Origin: Amphiscolops sp. MND2022
Taxonomy: Eukaryota
Length of the DNA: 64,000 nt
Direction: 5' to 3'
NCBI GenBank assembly: GCA_964187785.1
Contig: OZ076409.1
Coordinates: 47,866,001-47,930,000 of the forward strand
Shown here: positions 36,664 to 48,486 of the stretch, piece after piece
Numbering within the stretch: the stretch's first letter is position 1
Layout of the letters: every line of letters begins with the position of its first letter
Position numbers and translations under genes: made by a program
Notes under the pieces: model-generated
What the model was told of the DNA's origin: nothing
The model's input: only the letters and a program-made list of their open reading frames with translations
Databases searched by the model: none

Positions 36664-37453
36664 ACTTGTGAGGGCCGGGAGACCGTCACAAGATAAAGTT
36701 TTCTCGGCCGCACCAGAAGCTACGCTATCGCAACAGCAATCAGAAGACATTGTGAAAGCGGCAGCGTCAAGGATAGCTACACGAAAAGTTCGCCAAGTAT
36801 GTACCAGTGAGATTCTCCGAGATGAACAGATGAGAGTGGAAAAGGTAGGGGAGGCGCGTGAGGTAACACCCAGCAACAGCAGTGCTCAGCAGGCGGACAC
36901 CATTGGGTTGAAAATGGACCGACTCCGAACGGTTCGTGAGGTGACAAAGACGCATGGGCGAGAGTCTGACAGCACTTTAGAAGATGTATCGAAGCTGGGA
37001 AGCTCCTCTAGAGAGGTTTTGAACATTGCCGACACAGCTGCCGACAGATTTGGGGTTAGCCTCGCAAGCCCTATTGTTGTTCCTCGGTCCCAACTGGGTG
37101 GCATTAATCCAGAAGGGAAGCATGTGCACCAGGTAGCTGTGATGACGTGTACTCCATTGACTGACGACTTTAACTTGCTTGTTCGAAGTCGAGAGAGAAT
37201 GGTTGAAGATTTAAACTGGGAAAAAGGGCAGTTGGCAGAGGTAATGGTCGTCGAAAACCACCATCAGAGACTAATGGAGGAGCGTTGGAATCCCGCAACT
37301 GTCGCAGTGAAAGACGTAGACCATGCAATGCTCGATGAGATTTTGAGAGAAATGGAAGAGCTTGATGAATCCCATAAACTGTCCGATGAAGACGAAACAA
37401 TCATCGATGCTCTATTGGACGAACTGGAACTTGAAAACGCAGACCAAGAGTGA
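36563..37453 (+). CDS. ORF of unknown function overlapping the gag end inside the LTR element
   Basis: 296 open codons with an acidic C-terminus; no protease or RT motif recognised. Confidence 0.4.
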   Translation: MANLFLQWSVPVDAMCAAKMVTCRSLSPHQESFKLVRAGRPSQDKVFSAAPEATLSQQQSEDIVKAAASRIATRKVRQVCTSEILRDEQMRVEKVGEAREVTPSNSSAQQADTIGLKMDRLRTVREVTKTHGRESDSTLEDVSKLGSSSREVLNIADTAADRFGVSLASPIVVPRSQLGGINPEGKHVHQVAVMTCTPLTDDFNLLVRSRERMVEDLNWEKGQLAEVMVVENHHQRLMEERWNPATVAVKDVDHAMLDEILREMEELDESHKLSDEDETIIDALLDELELENADQE

Positions 37454-38475
37454 GGCGAACGGTCTGAATTTCTTGACGTGGGAGAAGTCCCTGTACCCTG
37501 CACTGGCGTGTACAAAGTGTCAGCTGAGTGTACTTGTGATGTCACCAAGGCAACTGTCAGATCAGAGACGGACATCGAACCAGAAGGGAAGTCCTCCTTC
37601 CAGAGTACCGAAGTGGATTGCAGTCATGACCGACACTACTGCCAGATCCCAGAGGAAGTTATCCCCCAACACTCAGCTCTTACCCACAGGAAGCAATTCT
37701 GGGTACCCCACAGGAAGCATTGTAGGCGCAAAACAGAAAATCAGCAGATGGGCTTGCGTTGGCTGTGCTGGCCGACCCACCGAAAGCATGGCAGGTGGAA
37801 ACCCGACAAAATAGTGATGCCACCGCTGCCAGTGCAGCCGAGACCGGATGGGACCCGACGCTGGGACCCGAAGGAAGAGATCAAGGTGGAAGTCTGTAAA
37901 TCGATGAAGTGTCCGATGAGGCGATACGCTGCTGCGATGTATGTGAAACCCCATCCACCGAACACTTAAGTATCCATTTCAACAAAACTGATTTTTTATC
38001 ATTAAGTTTTTAAATTATTCACTTTCGTGAAGTTAGTAAACTTCTTGTTGTCCAGGCAAATCGAGGTTCCGCCGACCGTAGTTTTTTTTGCAAGACGATG
38101 AAATTGTATGTAATTTTTTTGATGAGTAACATTTCAGAGGCTGAACTTCGAGGAGCCCAATTCGTGTGTTTATATTCACTTCAATGTATCAAGACCCAAC
38201 CCTGACCCAAACAGATTACATTTATGAAAGCGCCTATGAACATGCCCAGACCCCCTCTCTCGCGACCCTACCCTAGTGCTTCTCTCCTTGTTGTTCTGTA
38301 GAAGCGATAAATAACCCCAACCAATCCAAACTTATCCTCGACCATGTAAATTAGGACCGGTAGGACCACTCCCTTGCGCATTGCCGAAAAGAAAGATGGT
38401 ATAAATTATTTTTACTGGGTTAAAAAGGGATGAAGCAATAAATGATTAAATTAGAATGAAAATGATCGTTTTTAT

Positions 38476-38748
38476 TCAAGTGAAATCAGGATAAAAATCC
38501 GGGGGCGACGTCTTCTCGAAGGCTCTTTGAAGCGTTTGTCGGTCCAATCGGAGTCGAAACGTCTGACCCTCGACCCTGTCCCCCGGAATAGGAAGACTCA
38601 GCAGAAAAAGGGTAAATTCGACCCAGCCAGGCGACAGATTTTCTAGAAAGAGCTGCTCCCTCCTTCCAATAATATTCTTATGTCGTAACCTCCGTCCACA
38701 CTCATGTTCTGTGTTGAGAAAACTCTCCGATAGAAAAGTGATGCCCAT
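38476..38748 (-). CDS. Antisense ORF of unknown function inside the LTR element
   Basis: 90 aa with ATG start; AATAAA overlaps the stop codon. Confidence 0.35.
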   Translation of the reverse strand: MGITFLSESFLNTEHECGRRLRHKNIIGRREQLFLENLSPGWVEFTLFLLSLPIPGDRVEGQTFRLRLDRQTLQRAFEKTSPPDFYPDFT

Positions 38749-39142
38749 TGCATTCGTATTAGGATATTCTCATGCATCATTGCTTTCACGTATCACGAAA
38801 ACGAGAGGATGTAAGAGTACAATTTGGTAGTTCCGAAACGTCAAGTTGGCGAAAGCTGTTGGTGAAGAGTAAATTTGCTGAGTAAACAAAACTTTCAACG
38901 GCGGGAAACACTTCTCATATAGTTTTTGACTCTTTGACGTACTTTTGAAAGTGAGTATCTAAGCAAGCAAGTGAAGAACCATGAAAACCCGTACCCGAAT
39001 GTTGCTGAAAGTAATAAGACTACAGGAGAGGCTTTTGTTTGCTCGACAACAAGATCCCAAAATCAAACTCGGTATAACGAAGTGCATTTTTCATAAAGAA
39101 AAACTACTCATTACCAGATACTTTCTCTCCTCAACAGAATAG

Positions 39143-39547
39143 ATGGCTTTTAGAAAACTCTGCTTCGACTGGCCTCTTCCGGGGTATTCTCGACCCGTTA
39201 GACTAGATTGGATTAGGTGCTGGCTTGACGGTGAACCTATCCTCGCAACAATATTCTCTCGTGATAATTACCGTCAAGAATTAATTACGATACCTCCACT
39301 CACATTACTTTGGAACATTTTTTTCGATTTTTTATGTGACTGGGCAATAATTCGAACTCATCAAGAGGGTCAAGAAATTGAGGACGTCATAAGTTTGATC
39401 GAGTATATGAGCGACTTTATTCGACCCCCCTGGTGCATCGAAGAACGGAAATTAGCTTTAATAAAAATTGGTTTATTCGAGGACGCGTTGTTCAATATGA
39501 TTCACTTAGTTTCTTTCTCTGATAGTCTCTGTTTATATGGTGTTTGA
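39143..39547 (+). CDS. Unknown 134-aa ORF before the 3' LTR
   Basis: ATG start preceded by a pyrimidine tract and CAG; Trp-rich; no family recognised. Confidence 0.4.
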   Translation: MAFRKLCFDWPLPGYSRPVRLDWIRCWLDGEPILATIFSRDNYRQELITIPPLTLLWNIFFDFLCDWAIIRTHQEGQEIEDVISLIEYMSDFIRPPWCIEERKLALIKIGLFEDALFNMIHLVSFSDSLCLYGV

Positions 39548-39797
39548 ATCTTGACACCCCTTTATAACTAACGGCGCTATAAACTTTAACGAGGTTCGAT
39601 ATTTTTTTTATTTATCATCTTTGAAGTCATTCTCTATACTAGTTCATCATTATTGTAGATAAATATCCAGCGGAGCTATGAATACATTGACCAACCCTCC
39701 TCCTTCCCATTATAAATGTGTAACCTAGATCCCACGATTCAGCCAACGACAATACCGCTGAGTTTATTCGGGAGAATAAAAGTCCAGAAAGGAAAAG

Positions 39798-41565
39798 TGT
39801 AGGATTTTTACAGTTTGGCGACTTTAGAAAAATCTCATCATTTTTGCGCGAAGCACAGGTTATATATCCAACTAAATTTCAGACACTCCACATTGCGTAA
39901 GTCGGTAAAAACAGCTGAAAAGGCGAATTTAGCGTATTTCGGTAATGATTTTGGCAAACGGATTATAGAAAGAGTAAATTTGATTGTTTGAGTAAGATAG
40001 AATTGACGTCAACAACGAAAATGTTCGAATTAGCTAAGTTAGAATCGACCGCTTCGAGCGAATTTTGCTAAGTTTTATTTTGGACGGAAACAGAGATCTG
40101 AGGGAAAAAACACCATCCCCCCTTTTTTGAGAAGGACTTACCCTTCGAGCTGAAATTTGGCATGCATAAACTAGAGGTGTTAGCTCAACTTTCGACTCGG
40201 AGTACCCGACCTCGTACCTCCCCCCAGTCCTGGGCTATTAGAACCGGAAGTGACCCAGGTCGACCCCTCTACGAACTCATCGGCAAAGCACGGGATAAGT
40301 CGTATTATATATGGAATTGATAGCCCACATGATCTTAAGCCATTTCCGTATATTTTTGGAACCCTACGACGCGTCTAGGAGGAGTACGGACCCCGAAGTA
40401 AATAAACCCCGAATGTTATGTAAAAAGCCACCGGATGGCCCGGAGATCATGAAACTTACCCAATTTGTTCACGTAGTAACCCTAACTAATATACATGAAA
40501 GATATATGAATCGGTCCACCACGCGCGGAGTAATGTTTGTTTAAGGCACGCGGGACCTGACGCGCGGGCCCGACCGATAAGGGACATTGACATTGGCTTG
40601 TAATATCTCAAACGAACCGGAATGGTGAATGTAGTCGATTTACAACGTGAATGAAACCGTATTTATAACCCATGCGGGGGTAAACGCCTTAAGTAAACAA
40701 ATGATACGCATATCATGTAATTAGGGAACTGTTGACCCTAGAATGATATAACATGGCATGTAGCAACTTTGGATTGTCTCGATATTAGAAATATCTTGGG
40801 TGACTTGAATTATTATTGAAATGTGAACTTCGAACGAGATGTGAATTATTTGTTGTTGGCGGCAAAGAATGTTTAGTCGAAGTATAATTAGACGCGTTCA
40901 CCATGCCATAAAAGCAATAGTAAACATGAAGGTAAACTCATGCAGATTTAGACGCTGACGCCCTGTATGTAACGAAAATGTCAAGTATGATAGATAGTGA
41001 AGATGAAAGCACCCAGAACACGCGCGACGAACAAATGTAATTGAGGCGGATTGGAATATAATCGAATAGACAGAACCGAGTTAGAAGGCTGGAAGCAAGT
41101 TGAGTCTCGCGGAGACAAGATACTTCTTCGGATTAACACTCGCGCTTCTCGACAACAGAGTTAGAGAGCTACCGGCAAGTTGAGCCTTAAGACGAAGGCA
41201 AGAGACTTGGCTAAGCGAAAGAACTCGTTCGTCAGTAGTATTTCTAACGACAGAAATTGTACAAGTCTGTGGCTTGTGGTTGCATAGTTGGCTGAATTGT
41301 GGATACCAATCTTAGCCAGTTTAGTTAGACCTGATTGATGGTAATAAGGAAGTTAACTGATTTTCGCTGTTGATTGTAATTATCTTATTCAACCCCTTCT
41401 TTTCTTGATCAATCGGGCGAAGCCGAAGAAGAGTGTTTTGGAGAGAAAACTAGCTGAGCTAGTCGTTTTGACGCAAAGCACTTACCCACCAAATAAAACC
41501 TTTTCCTGATAGAGTTAGATCCTCGGGAATTTCTCTCCAGCCTTTGCTATCTAAAAATTTCTACA
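39798..41565 (+). repeat. 3' LTR (1768 bp)
   Basis: TG...CA termini; preceded by a purine tract and followed by the TSD. Confidence 0.92.
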
Positions 41566-41570
41566 GGCAT

Positions 41571-42180
41571 CAAGATTCAGTTTCTTCTTCAAAATTTCGC
41601 ACTCATATGATACACTAACAAGATTTCCTCCACATTAGAATCGATTTTGCGGCCCTCAGAACTGTGTCCATCTTCACCACGAAGGCTACATTTTTAGACT
41701 GCTTTGCATTGTGAAGATAGATGTCCAAAACGAAGACATTTGTAGAATTGAATAATCCGTGGAGTAGCTCGGTTCCAGTTCATATTTTTGTAACAAATTT
41801 TTGTTTCAAATCATTTCGTAACAAATTTCGAGCTTGTTCTTCAATTTCAGTTGTAACTTTTACGATATGGTAGGGTGTACGATCTTGCCATTTAAACCTC
41901 TCCATTTTGGATTCACGGTACTTTTGCAGAATCAGTGCTTTCGGTTGAGATTCGTTGATACCTGTGATAGTTGAAGAGTTTGGTGTTTCCTTGAAGTCAG
42001 TGATACCAGTGATGACAACAGGTTTCTGGATTCCATGATAACTTCACAACTGCAGATTTGGTTTGCTTTTCATCTACCACCATCTTGCTCCACCAAGTTG
42101 AGTTGCATATGGTCGACATTGCTCTGTCTCCTTTTTGAACTGTGTCCTGCAGCTGTTGCATGTTTGGCCCAATACAGGTT
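41571..42180 (-). pseudogene. Decayed LINE ORF1 (CCHC knuckles), 5' part of the LINE interrupted by the LTR element
   Basis: Minus strand TPRIIQFYKCLRFGHLSSQCK..KCSLRGEDGH (~41670-41765); continues across the TSD into the endonuclease start below 33910. Confidence 0.75.
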
Positions 42181-42189
42181 TTTACGCCC

Positions 42190-42900
42190 TCGACAAGCTA
42201 TCTGATTATTAGAAAACGTAAAGCGTGAGCTAATTGCATTTTGAAGTCGAGTCTATCATCGATCCAAATTTCTAGAATCTTTGTTTCGGAACCTTGGTTC
42301 ATTGTTTTGTCACTCAACTTTTTTTTTATTTTCTCTTCGATTGAGCAGGAACGTCTCTCCAAAACGGAGTGTGTTTGGTTTGACGCGCTATCGAGTCGCA
42401 TGAAGGAAGACTGTCGCAATGTTCTTGTAGTTCCGTCGAGCTCTCATTAGTACCTTCGCTCGAAACCTGTAAAGTAGCATGGTCAGCATATTTGAAATTT
42501 GTTTTAGTGCAGCTTCAAACATGTCGTACGTACAGCGAGGAGAACGCTGACGACAAAAACGAACATTGTGGCACGTTCACCCAGTGTCACGTTCAGAGAA
42601 TCGCTGATAAAAATATCAAGTTTGATTCTACTGTTTCTGCCGAGGAGGAAGTTAGCTAGGATTTTCCAGATTCTTCCTTGGATTCCTATGACTTTTCATT
42701 TCCATCGGTGCTTTTTTGTCACACTGAGTCGAAGGCCTTACAATGATTGAAAACAACAGTTACAGGTTTCCTCTTGCACGGTAGTTCACTTTGTGTGTTG
42801 GCAAATAAGCGAGCAAAATACCGTCCCGTTGATCTTTGTTTTCCGAACGCTTCAAGATTTCCATCCATTTGCTTCGTGATTTCCAAAAATTTACTTTACA
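42190..42900 (-). pseudogene. Further decayed LINE RT remnant
   Basis: YADHAT (~42475-42490) and TKILEIWIDDRLDFK on the minus strand; ends approximate. Confidence 0.55.
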
Positions 42901-43110
42901 CAAGAGAATACTTGACACTTTGAAGTCCTTTTGCTATTTTTGAGGCTGGCTTGTTTGAATGTTTCTTTCATTCATTTCGGCTGACTTCTTCCAAAAAGCC
43001 GGACAATCGTTGCTTGTTGCATCATACTTTAGGCCGTTATAGCATTTCAGGTTTCTTTCGGGTTCAGCACAGTCCGTTTGTTTATGTCAGTCACCCGAAC
43101 ACCTAGGTGA

Positions 43111-43340
43111 TTGGAGGCTAGAAGCAGAACCCGCCGAAACCCAGAATCACTCAGTGTTGTAAATGTTTGAAATTCGGCCACATAGCCACTCATGTTTAAA
43201 CAAACAGGACAAGTCGACGTAGCAGCTGCTACGTCGACTTGTCCTGTTTGTTTAAACATGAGTGGCTATGTGGCCGAATTTCAAACATTTACAACACTGA
43301 GTGATTCTGGGTTTCGGCGGGTTCTGCTTCTAGCCTCCAA
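43111..43340. repeat. Perfect 230-bp palindrome with no spacer, made of LINE ORF1-like sequence
   Basis: Centre CAG|CTG at 43225/43226; the arm encodes PKPRITQCCKCLKFGHIA (zinc-knuckle-like). Confidence 0.95.
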
Positions 43341-43409
43341 CGGAAATGCCTCCGTCCTTGAAAACACACTTATAGCGCTCATATTCGATTATATATATTC
43401 AAGAAAACC

Positions 43410-43696
43410 AACAAAACCGGACGTGCCTAAAGGATTTTTTGGATTTTTTTCAGCACGGTGCGACTTTTTTCGAAATTTTTTTAATGTCCCCAAAGGGTCC
43501 CCTTTCGAGTTTTTTGATATTTTGAAACATAATGTATGTTAGTAAATCCAGAAGGGTCACCCTTTCACATTTCTCGGCACTATGCGACATTTTTCGAAGG
43601 AAAAAAATTCAAATTATTCAAGTTTTTTTCCAAAAAAAAGTTTTGCGCTTTTTGAGTCTTAGATATAGCGCCGACTTTAGATGTGGTCTTCTTGTT
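43410..43696 (+). mobile_element. Helentron/DINE-1-like repeat, 3' portion
   Basis: AAAGGGTCCCC subunits; ends AGCGCCGACTT...CTTGTT. Confidence 0.55.
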
Positions 43697-43749
43697 TCAT
43701 CGGGAGCACCAATAAAAGCGCTATAACTAAACTACAAAAGTGATTGACT

Positions 43750-44170
43750 TTTCTCAAGTTTTGCTTTCGCACTGAATTTTTGGCTTTTGGAGATTTTTTG
43801 CGTCCAAAAATATTCAATTTTTTCTTTCCATCTTTGAGGGAAATTGAGGCCGGTTAAAGACAAGGGGTTTTCCGACATTTTTGAGCACCATTACTTTCTG
43901 AGCAGTCTTTGTTCAAGTTGAACTTTGTCGCGGCTCTTCTAGAAACAAGTCCAAATTTCTTCGAATAGTACATCTAGAAACAGTCTTTGACGTTGATAAA
44001 AAGCTTTGCAATGCTATTATTCCTTCTAATATTGTTTTTTAAAGAGTCTCGAAATTTAAGGCCCAACTTCTCTTGAATTTCGTTGAATGATAAACCTAAT
44101 TCGCGAAGTGTAACGACTCTGCAAACAACGTATGAATAATCCAACGGTGGGACCATTTTCAACAATGTCG
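43750..44170 (-). pseudogene. Possible Tc1/mariner transposase N-terminal remnant
   Basis: VVTLRELGLSFNEIQEKLG (HTH-like), then a stop, then KFGLVSRRAATK, similar to the Tc1 'GL..RR..KK' motif. Confidence 0.45.
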
Positions 44171-44319
44171 GTTAAGATTGAAAATGAAGACGTTCTTCAC
44201 AAACTGAATACGATTAAATTTTCAGCTGTACATCGCTTTCTGCTACCGTAGTAGTTATATATAAGTGCATATTCAATAAAACAGTGTTCAAGATTTACTT
44301 CCGTAGTTTTTCCCAGAAT

Positions 44320-44958
44320 TCTATAATCGCTTCGCTGCTTCTACAAATCCTACTGTGCTTTTCCAGTCATCTGTTTTATTGTTGCCGACTAATTTCTCTA
44401 TTGGCTTTGGCTCCCAGATAACTCTCAAGTTTTCATAAAACGGGCAAGTTTTTAAAAAGTGGTCTGCAGTTTCATCTTCTATCATGCATGTACATAATGG
44501 AGTGAAACACCGACCAATTTCGAATTTGAAGGATCCAAGAGCAGCTGCACCACCTTGTTCATTTGCGATTTACTCAGCCACTTCGGTAGCATTTCTGTTT
44601 CGTGAACTCGCAATGCCAAATTGTCAATCGGGTTATTGCTCAGTCTAACGTTCCAACGCTTTCTAATTTCGTTTGTAATTGTTTCAGGATTGTAGGAATC
44701 AAATTGTCCAAGTATTCTACTGTCTGTGTTTATTTTTCTCGCAATAAGACTCGTATTCGTCATTAAAAATGAGCGGATGGGGTCACTTTCTGGTTATTGC
44801 ATCGCTTCTATACAAAACTTGGCTGCATGCGATTCCAATTGAATATCTATGTGGACACGATTGGTAAACACTTCTAGCAGTCTTTTAGGAGGGTTCCATC
44901 TTTTGCAGGTTATTAAAGCTATAATTTCGGACCACAGCTTTGAGTTTTGGAACTTGAG
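44320..44958 (-). pseudogene. 3' part of a LINE ORF2, diverged paralog of 46108-46760, cut by the assembly gap
   Basis: Co-linear with ORF 46108-46818 (DIQLESHAAKFC, TNEIRKRWNVRLS). Confidence 0.85.
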
Positions 44959-45158
44959 NNNNNNNNNNNNNNNNNNNNNNNNNNNNNNNNNNNNNNNNNN
45001 NNNNNNNNNNNNNNNNNNNNNNNNNNNNNNNNNNNNNNNNNNNNNNNNNNNNNNNNNNNNNNNNNNNNNNNNNNNNNNNNNNNNNNNNNNNNNNNNNNNN
45101 NNNNNNNNNNNNNNNNNNNNNNNNNNNNNNNNNNNNNNNNNNNNNNNNNNNNNNNNNN
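44959..45158. other. Assembly gap (200 N)
   Basis: Read directly. Confidence 1.
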
Positions 45159-45419
45159 GGATTACAATGTGTAAACATATGTCAAGCTGAGACACGAGAG
45201 TTTCTTTCAATTGGAGACCGGGGGCCCTCGGTTGAAGAATAGAAAATTAATTTTGAGCGGACTTTTGGTTTCAGAGGAGGACTTGTGAACTTTCTTTTGA
45301 TGTTTTCCTCCTTCTGTGATTCTAGTAATGTCGTTTCATTGTGACGTTATATTAATTTTGCGTCAGAGAAGCTTGCGACAATTACGGAACTCCCCGTGAG
45401 ACGTCTGAAGTCAAAGCGA

Positions 45420-45710
45420 GAATTCAACAAAATTCAGGGTTGTTTTCCAATTCTCCCAGCTACAATCATCCAGCAGATCATCCAGAGGCTTGGGTGGTTC
45501 TGAGCTACGCAAATTTTAGGAAAAGGGACATCTGTATAAAACGTGCTCTGTAGATGCTTCTTCTAACATGCATGTGCAGACCGGAGTGAAACATCGTCCA
45601 ATATGGAACTGGAAGTTGCAGAGAACACTGTGTTGTGTTAGGAGTTGTACCACCCTTTTTGTGTGTACCTTGGTCAAGTTTTGGCAGAATCCCTTCTCTC
45701 TTGGCATTTA
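45420..45710 (-). pseudogene. 3' fragment of a related LINE ORF2 (CCHC tail)
   Basis: IGRCFTPVCTCMLEEASTEHVLYRCPF. Confidence 0.75.
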
Positions 45711-46107
45711 TATATTACTCTACCGTACAAATAAAAATAAATTTGTAGGTAAGACGCCACTATTTGCTGGCCATGATGGGCATTTAGAAAATTAACCAAT
45801 GTATAATGAAAGAACAGTTGTTAAAAATTGTAGAACACAACACCGAGATTCATTCTCCTGTTCCTCATTTCAATTCAGGCCTCGAGCTCACACCCCAGCC
45901 CGGTGAGACTCCGTCCGCTCCCTCCACATAATGCTGGGGCCCTTAGATAGGAATGACAGATATCACAATTTGAGCGGACTTTCTTATAATTGCACGGCGG
46001 ACTCTTTTTTTTTCTCGTGTCGATCTTTCGCTTCTCATCCTCGTCACCATCATAAGCATCCAATCATCCACACACCTCCTTCGTTCTCCGGTAGTTTACT
46101 CAAAAAT

Positions 46108-48260
46108 TTAAAGTCGTTTCGCTGCCTCTACAAATCTAACTGCGTTTTTCCAGTCTTCTTCTTTGTTGTTGTCAACTAAATTTTGTATTGATTTAGGCTG
46201 CCAGAGTTCTCTCAAATTTTCATGAAAAGGGCAAACTTTTAAGAAATGGTCTGCAGTTTCATCTTCTATCATACATGTACATAATGGGGTGAAACACCGG
46301 CCAATTTTAAATTTGAAGAATCCAAGATGACTTTGTTCTGACAGCAGCTGCACCATCTTGTTCATTTGCGATTTCCCCAACCATTTCGGTAGCATTTCTT
46401 TTTCGTGAACTCTCAATACCAAATTTTCAATTGGGTTACTGCTTAATCTAACGTTCCACCGCTTTCTGATTTCGTTTGTCATTGTTTCAGGGTTGTAGGT
46501 ATCAAGTTGGCCAAGTATTCTTCTGTCTGCATTTACTTTTTTTGCAATTTGACTCGTATTTAACATTAGGAGAGAACGAATGGGGTCACTGTCTTGTTGT
46601 TGCATCGCTTTTGTGCAAAACTTCGCTGCGTGCGATTCTAATTGAATGTCTATTGGGACGAGATTTGCAAGCAGTTCTAGCAATCTTTTTGGGGATTCCA
46701 AGTTTTGCAAGTTATTAGTGCTATCATTTCGGACCACAGTGTTGAGTTTTGGAACTTGAGTTTGTCTCCCCACAGAAAAGCAAGATATGTCCACTGTGGG
46801 ATAACAATCGATTGGCACAACTTTTTCATTGTATGTGGTTTAAAACTTTGAACATTTAGATAGCTTCGTTTTAAAATACCCAGGGTTTGCGCGGCTTTGT
46901 TGGTAGAGTTCTCAAACTGTTCTTTGAAACACAAATGCCTGTCGATGAGTATACCCAACACCTTTATCGTTGAAGGGAAATCGACTTTGGAACCATTTAG
47001 CTCCAGGACAGGAACAGTTTCAATTTTTTGTCTGTTTGATTTCTGGAATATAATAGCTTTTCTCAGCAGATGCTTTAATATGCCATTTCTTCATCCACCA
47101 GACTGATTTATCAATATCCCGTTGAAGACACTCGACAGAATTTGAGAGTGTGTCACTTACAGCCAGCAAAGTGAGATCGTCAGCATATTTGAAATCTTCA
47201 CTTAGACAGTCCTTACAAAGGTTCATGACGAAAATTGTAAATAGGATTGGTGATATTACTGAACCTTGGGGAATGCCCACACTTGACTTGTACTCGTTGC
47301 TACAGTAATTATTCACTTTGATTTTGAATTTTCGTCGGTATAGGAAATCTTTAATCAAACACCAGATTTTTCCACTGATACCGAGAGAATAAAGTTTCCA
47401 CAAAAGCCCGTCGACCCACACACTGTCGAATGCTTTCTCCAAATCCACTGTAACTGCAACTGGATTTTGGTTTGAGGCCCACGCAAGTTGAATGTTATTT
47501 ATTAGGTCAGTTATATATCTAGCTGTTGATTTCCGCTTCCGGAACCCTTCTTGACGTACGTCGTCCAGATCATTTGAATGCAGATAGTGCATGATTCTAT
47601 TTTTCAGTATTCTTTCAAGTAGTTCCCCAACGTAAGAAGATTTAGTTATAGGGCGATAGCTACTAGTTTTAAGGTATGAGTCTTTCCCAGATTTTGGTAT
47701 GAATATAACTACATTGTTTCCGAATGGCCAAATACTGCTTTCAAAAACTTTGTTGATCAGGATAAGGAGGAGATCTTTAACGCTTGGGCCCAAACGTTTC
47801 AGCACAGCTGGATGAATTCCATCCGGATCTTCAGTCTTTGAACTTGGGTTTACTTCCTTCAGAGCTGTTTCCAGCTCGTATTCCGATATTTCGTCAAAAT
47901 TTTGCTGCATTTGCTCAGAACTAGAAATGAAAGCAACTTGCTGGGTTACATGTTGATAGAAATTCTCATCGAAGTTTTCAGGTGTGAGATGGGTTCCTGA
48001 GAAGAAGTCCCTGAAGAGCATATCTGCTCGATCTTTGTCATCCGTCACTAGTGTCCCATTGTTCAAAAGAACTCCGAGTTGAGAGTTCGAGTGCTTACTG
48101 AAGAACTTTTTATACTTTTTCCAGAAGGTTTGACCAGTGTTGTAATTCAAAGCTTCAGTTTCTTTTTCCAACCAGTTTGATTTGGCGTTTTGTAACTCGG
48201 TTAAAGAGTTCCTTAACTTGTCCGAGCTTGGTCAAGTTAATAGGATCTGAACGTTTCCTA
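46108..48260 (-). pseudogene. LINE ORF2 (RT plus C-terminal CCHC), 5'-truncated, with frameshifts
   Basis: PDGIHP, SSYRPIT, QEGFRK, DLEKAFDSV, GIPQGSVISPILF, KYADDL, then CTCMIEDETADHFLKVC. Confidence 0.92.
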
Positions 48261-48486
48261 GTGAGTTTATGGAATATGACAGTCCAGAAAACGAGACGAA
48301 GTTTATTTGGAAATTTGGTACTATTGTCCATGAAGTCTACAGTTAGTTAGGTCAATGGATGATGACAATTTGGGGTTCGTCCAACATGCCCAAAATTTTG
48401 GGTTGAAGTCAAAATTTCTAATAATTTCCTCAAGTCAATATTTCGACACGAATTTCCACAATTCACTTCGAAATGATGTTTTAAAA

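Larger units (their letters stand above)
33911..41565 (+). mobile_element. Non-autonomous (gag-only) LTR retrotransposon, probably Gypsy-like
   Basis: LTRs TGTAG...CTACA at 33911-35661 and 39798-41565; 5-bp TSD GGCAT (33906-33910, 41566-41570); PBS at 35663; purine tract AGAAAGGAAAAG at 39786-39797; no RT, RNase H or integrase motifs seen. Confidence 0.92.

Noticed and set aside
43047..43542. Mirror ORFs MFKQTGQVDVAAATSTCPVC on both strands
   Set aside because: A consequence of the perfect palindrome.
44794..45210. ORFs spanning the N run
   Set aside because: Artefacts of the assembly gap.
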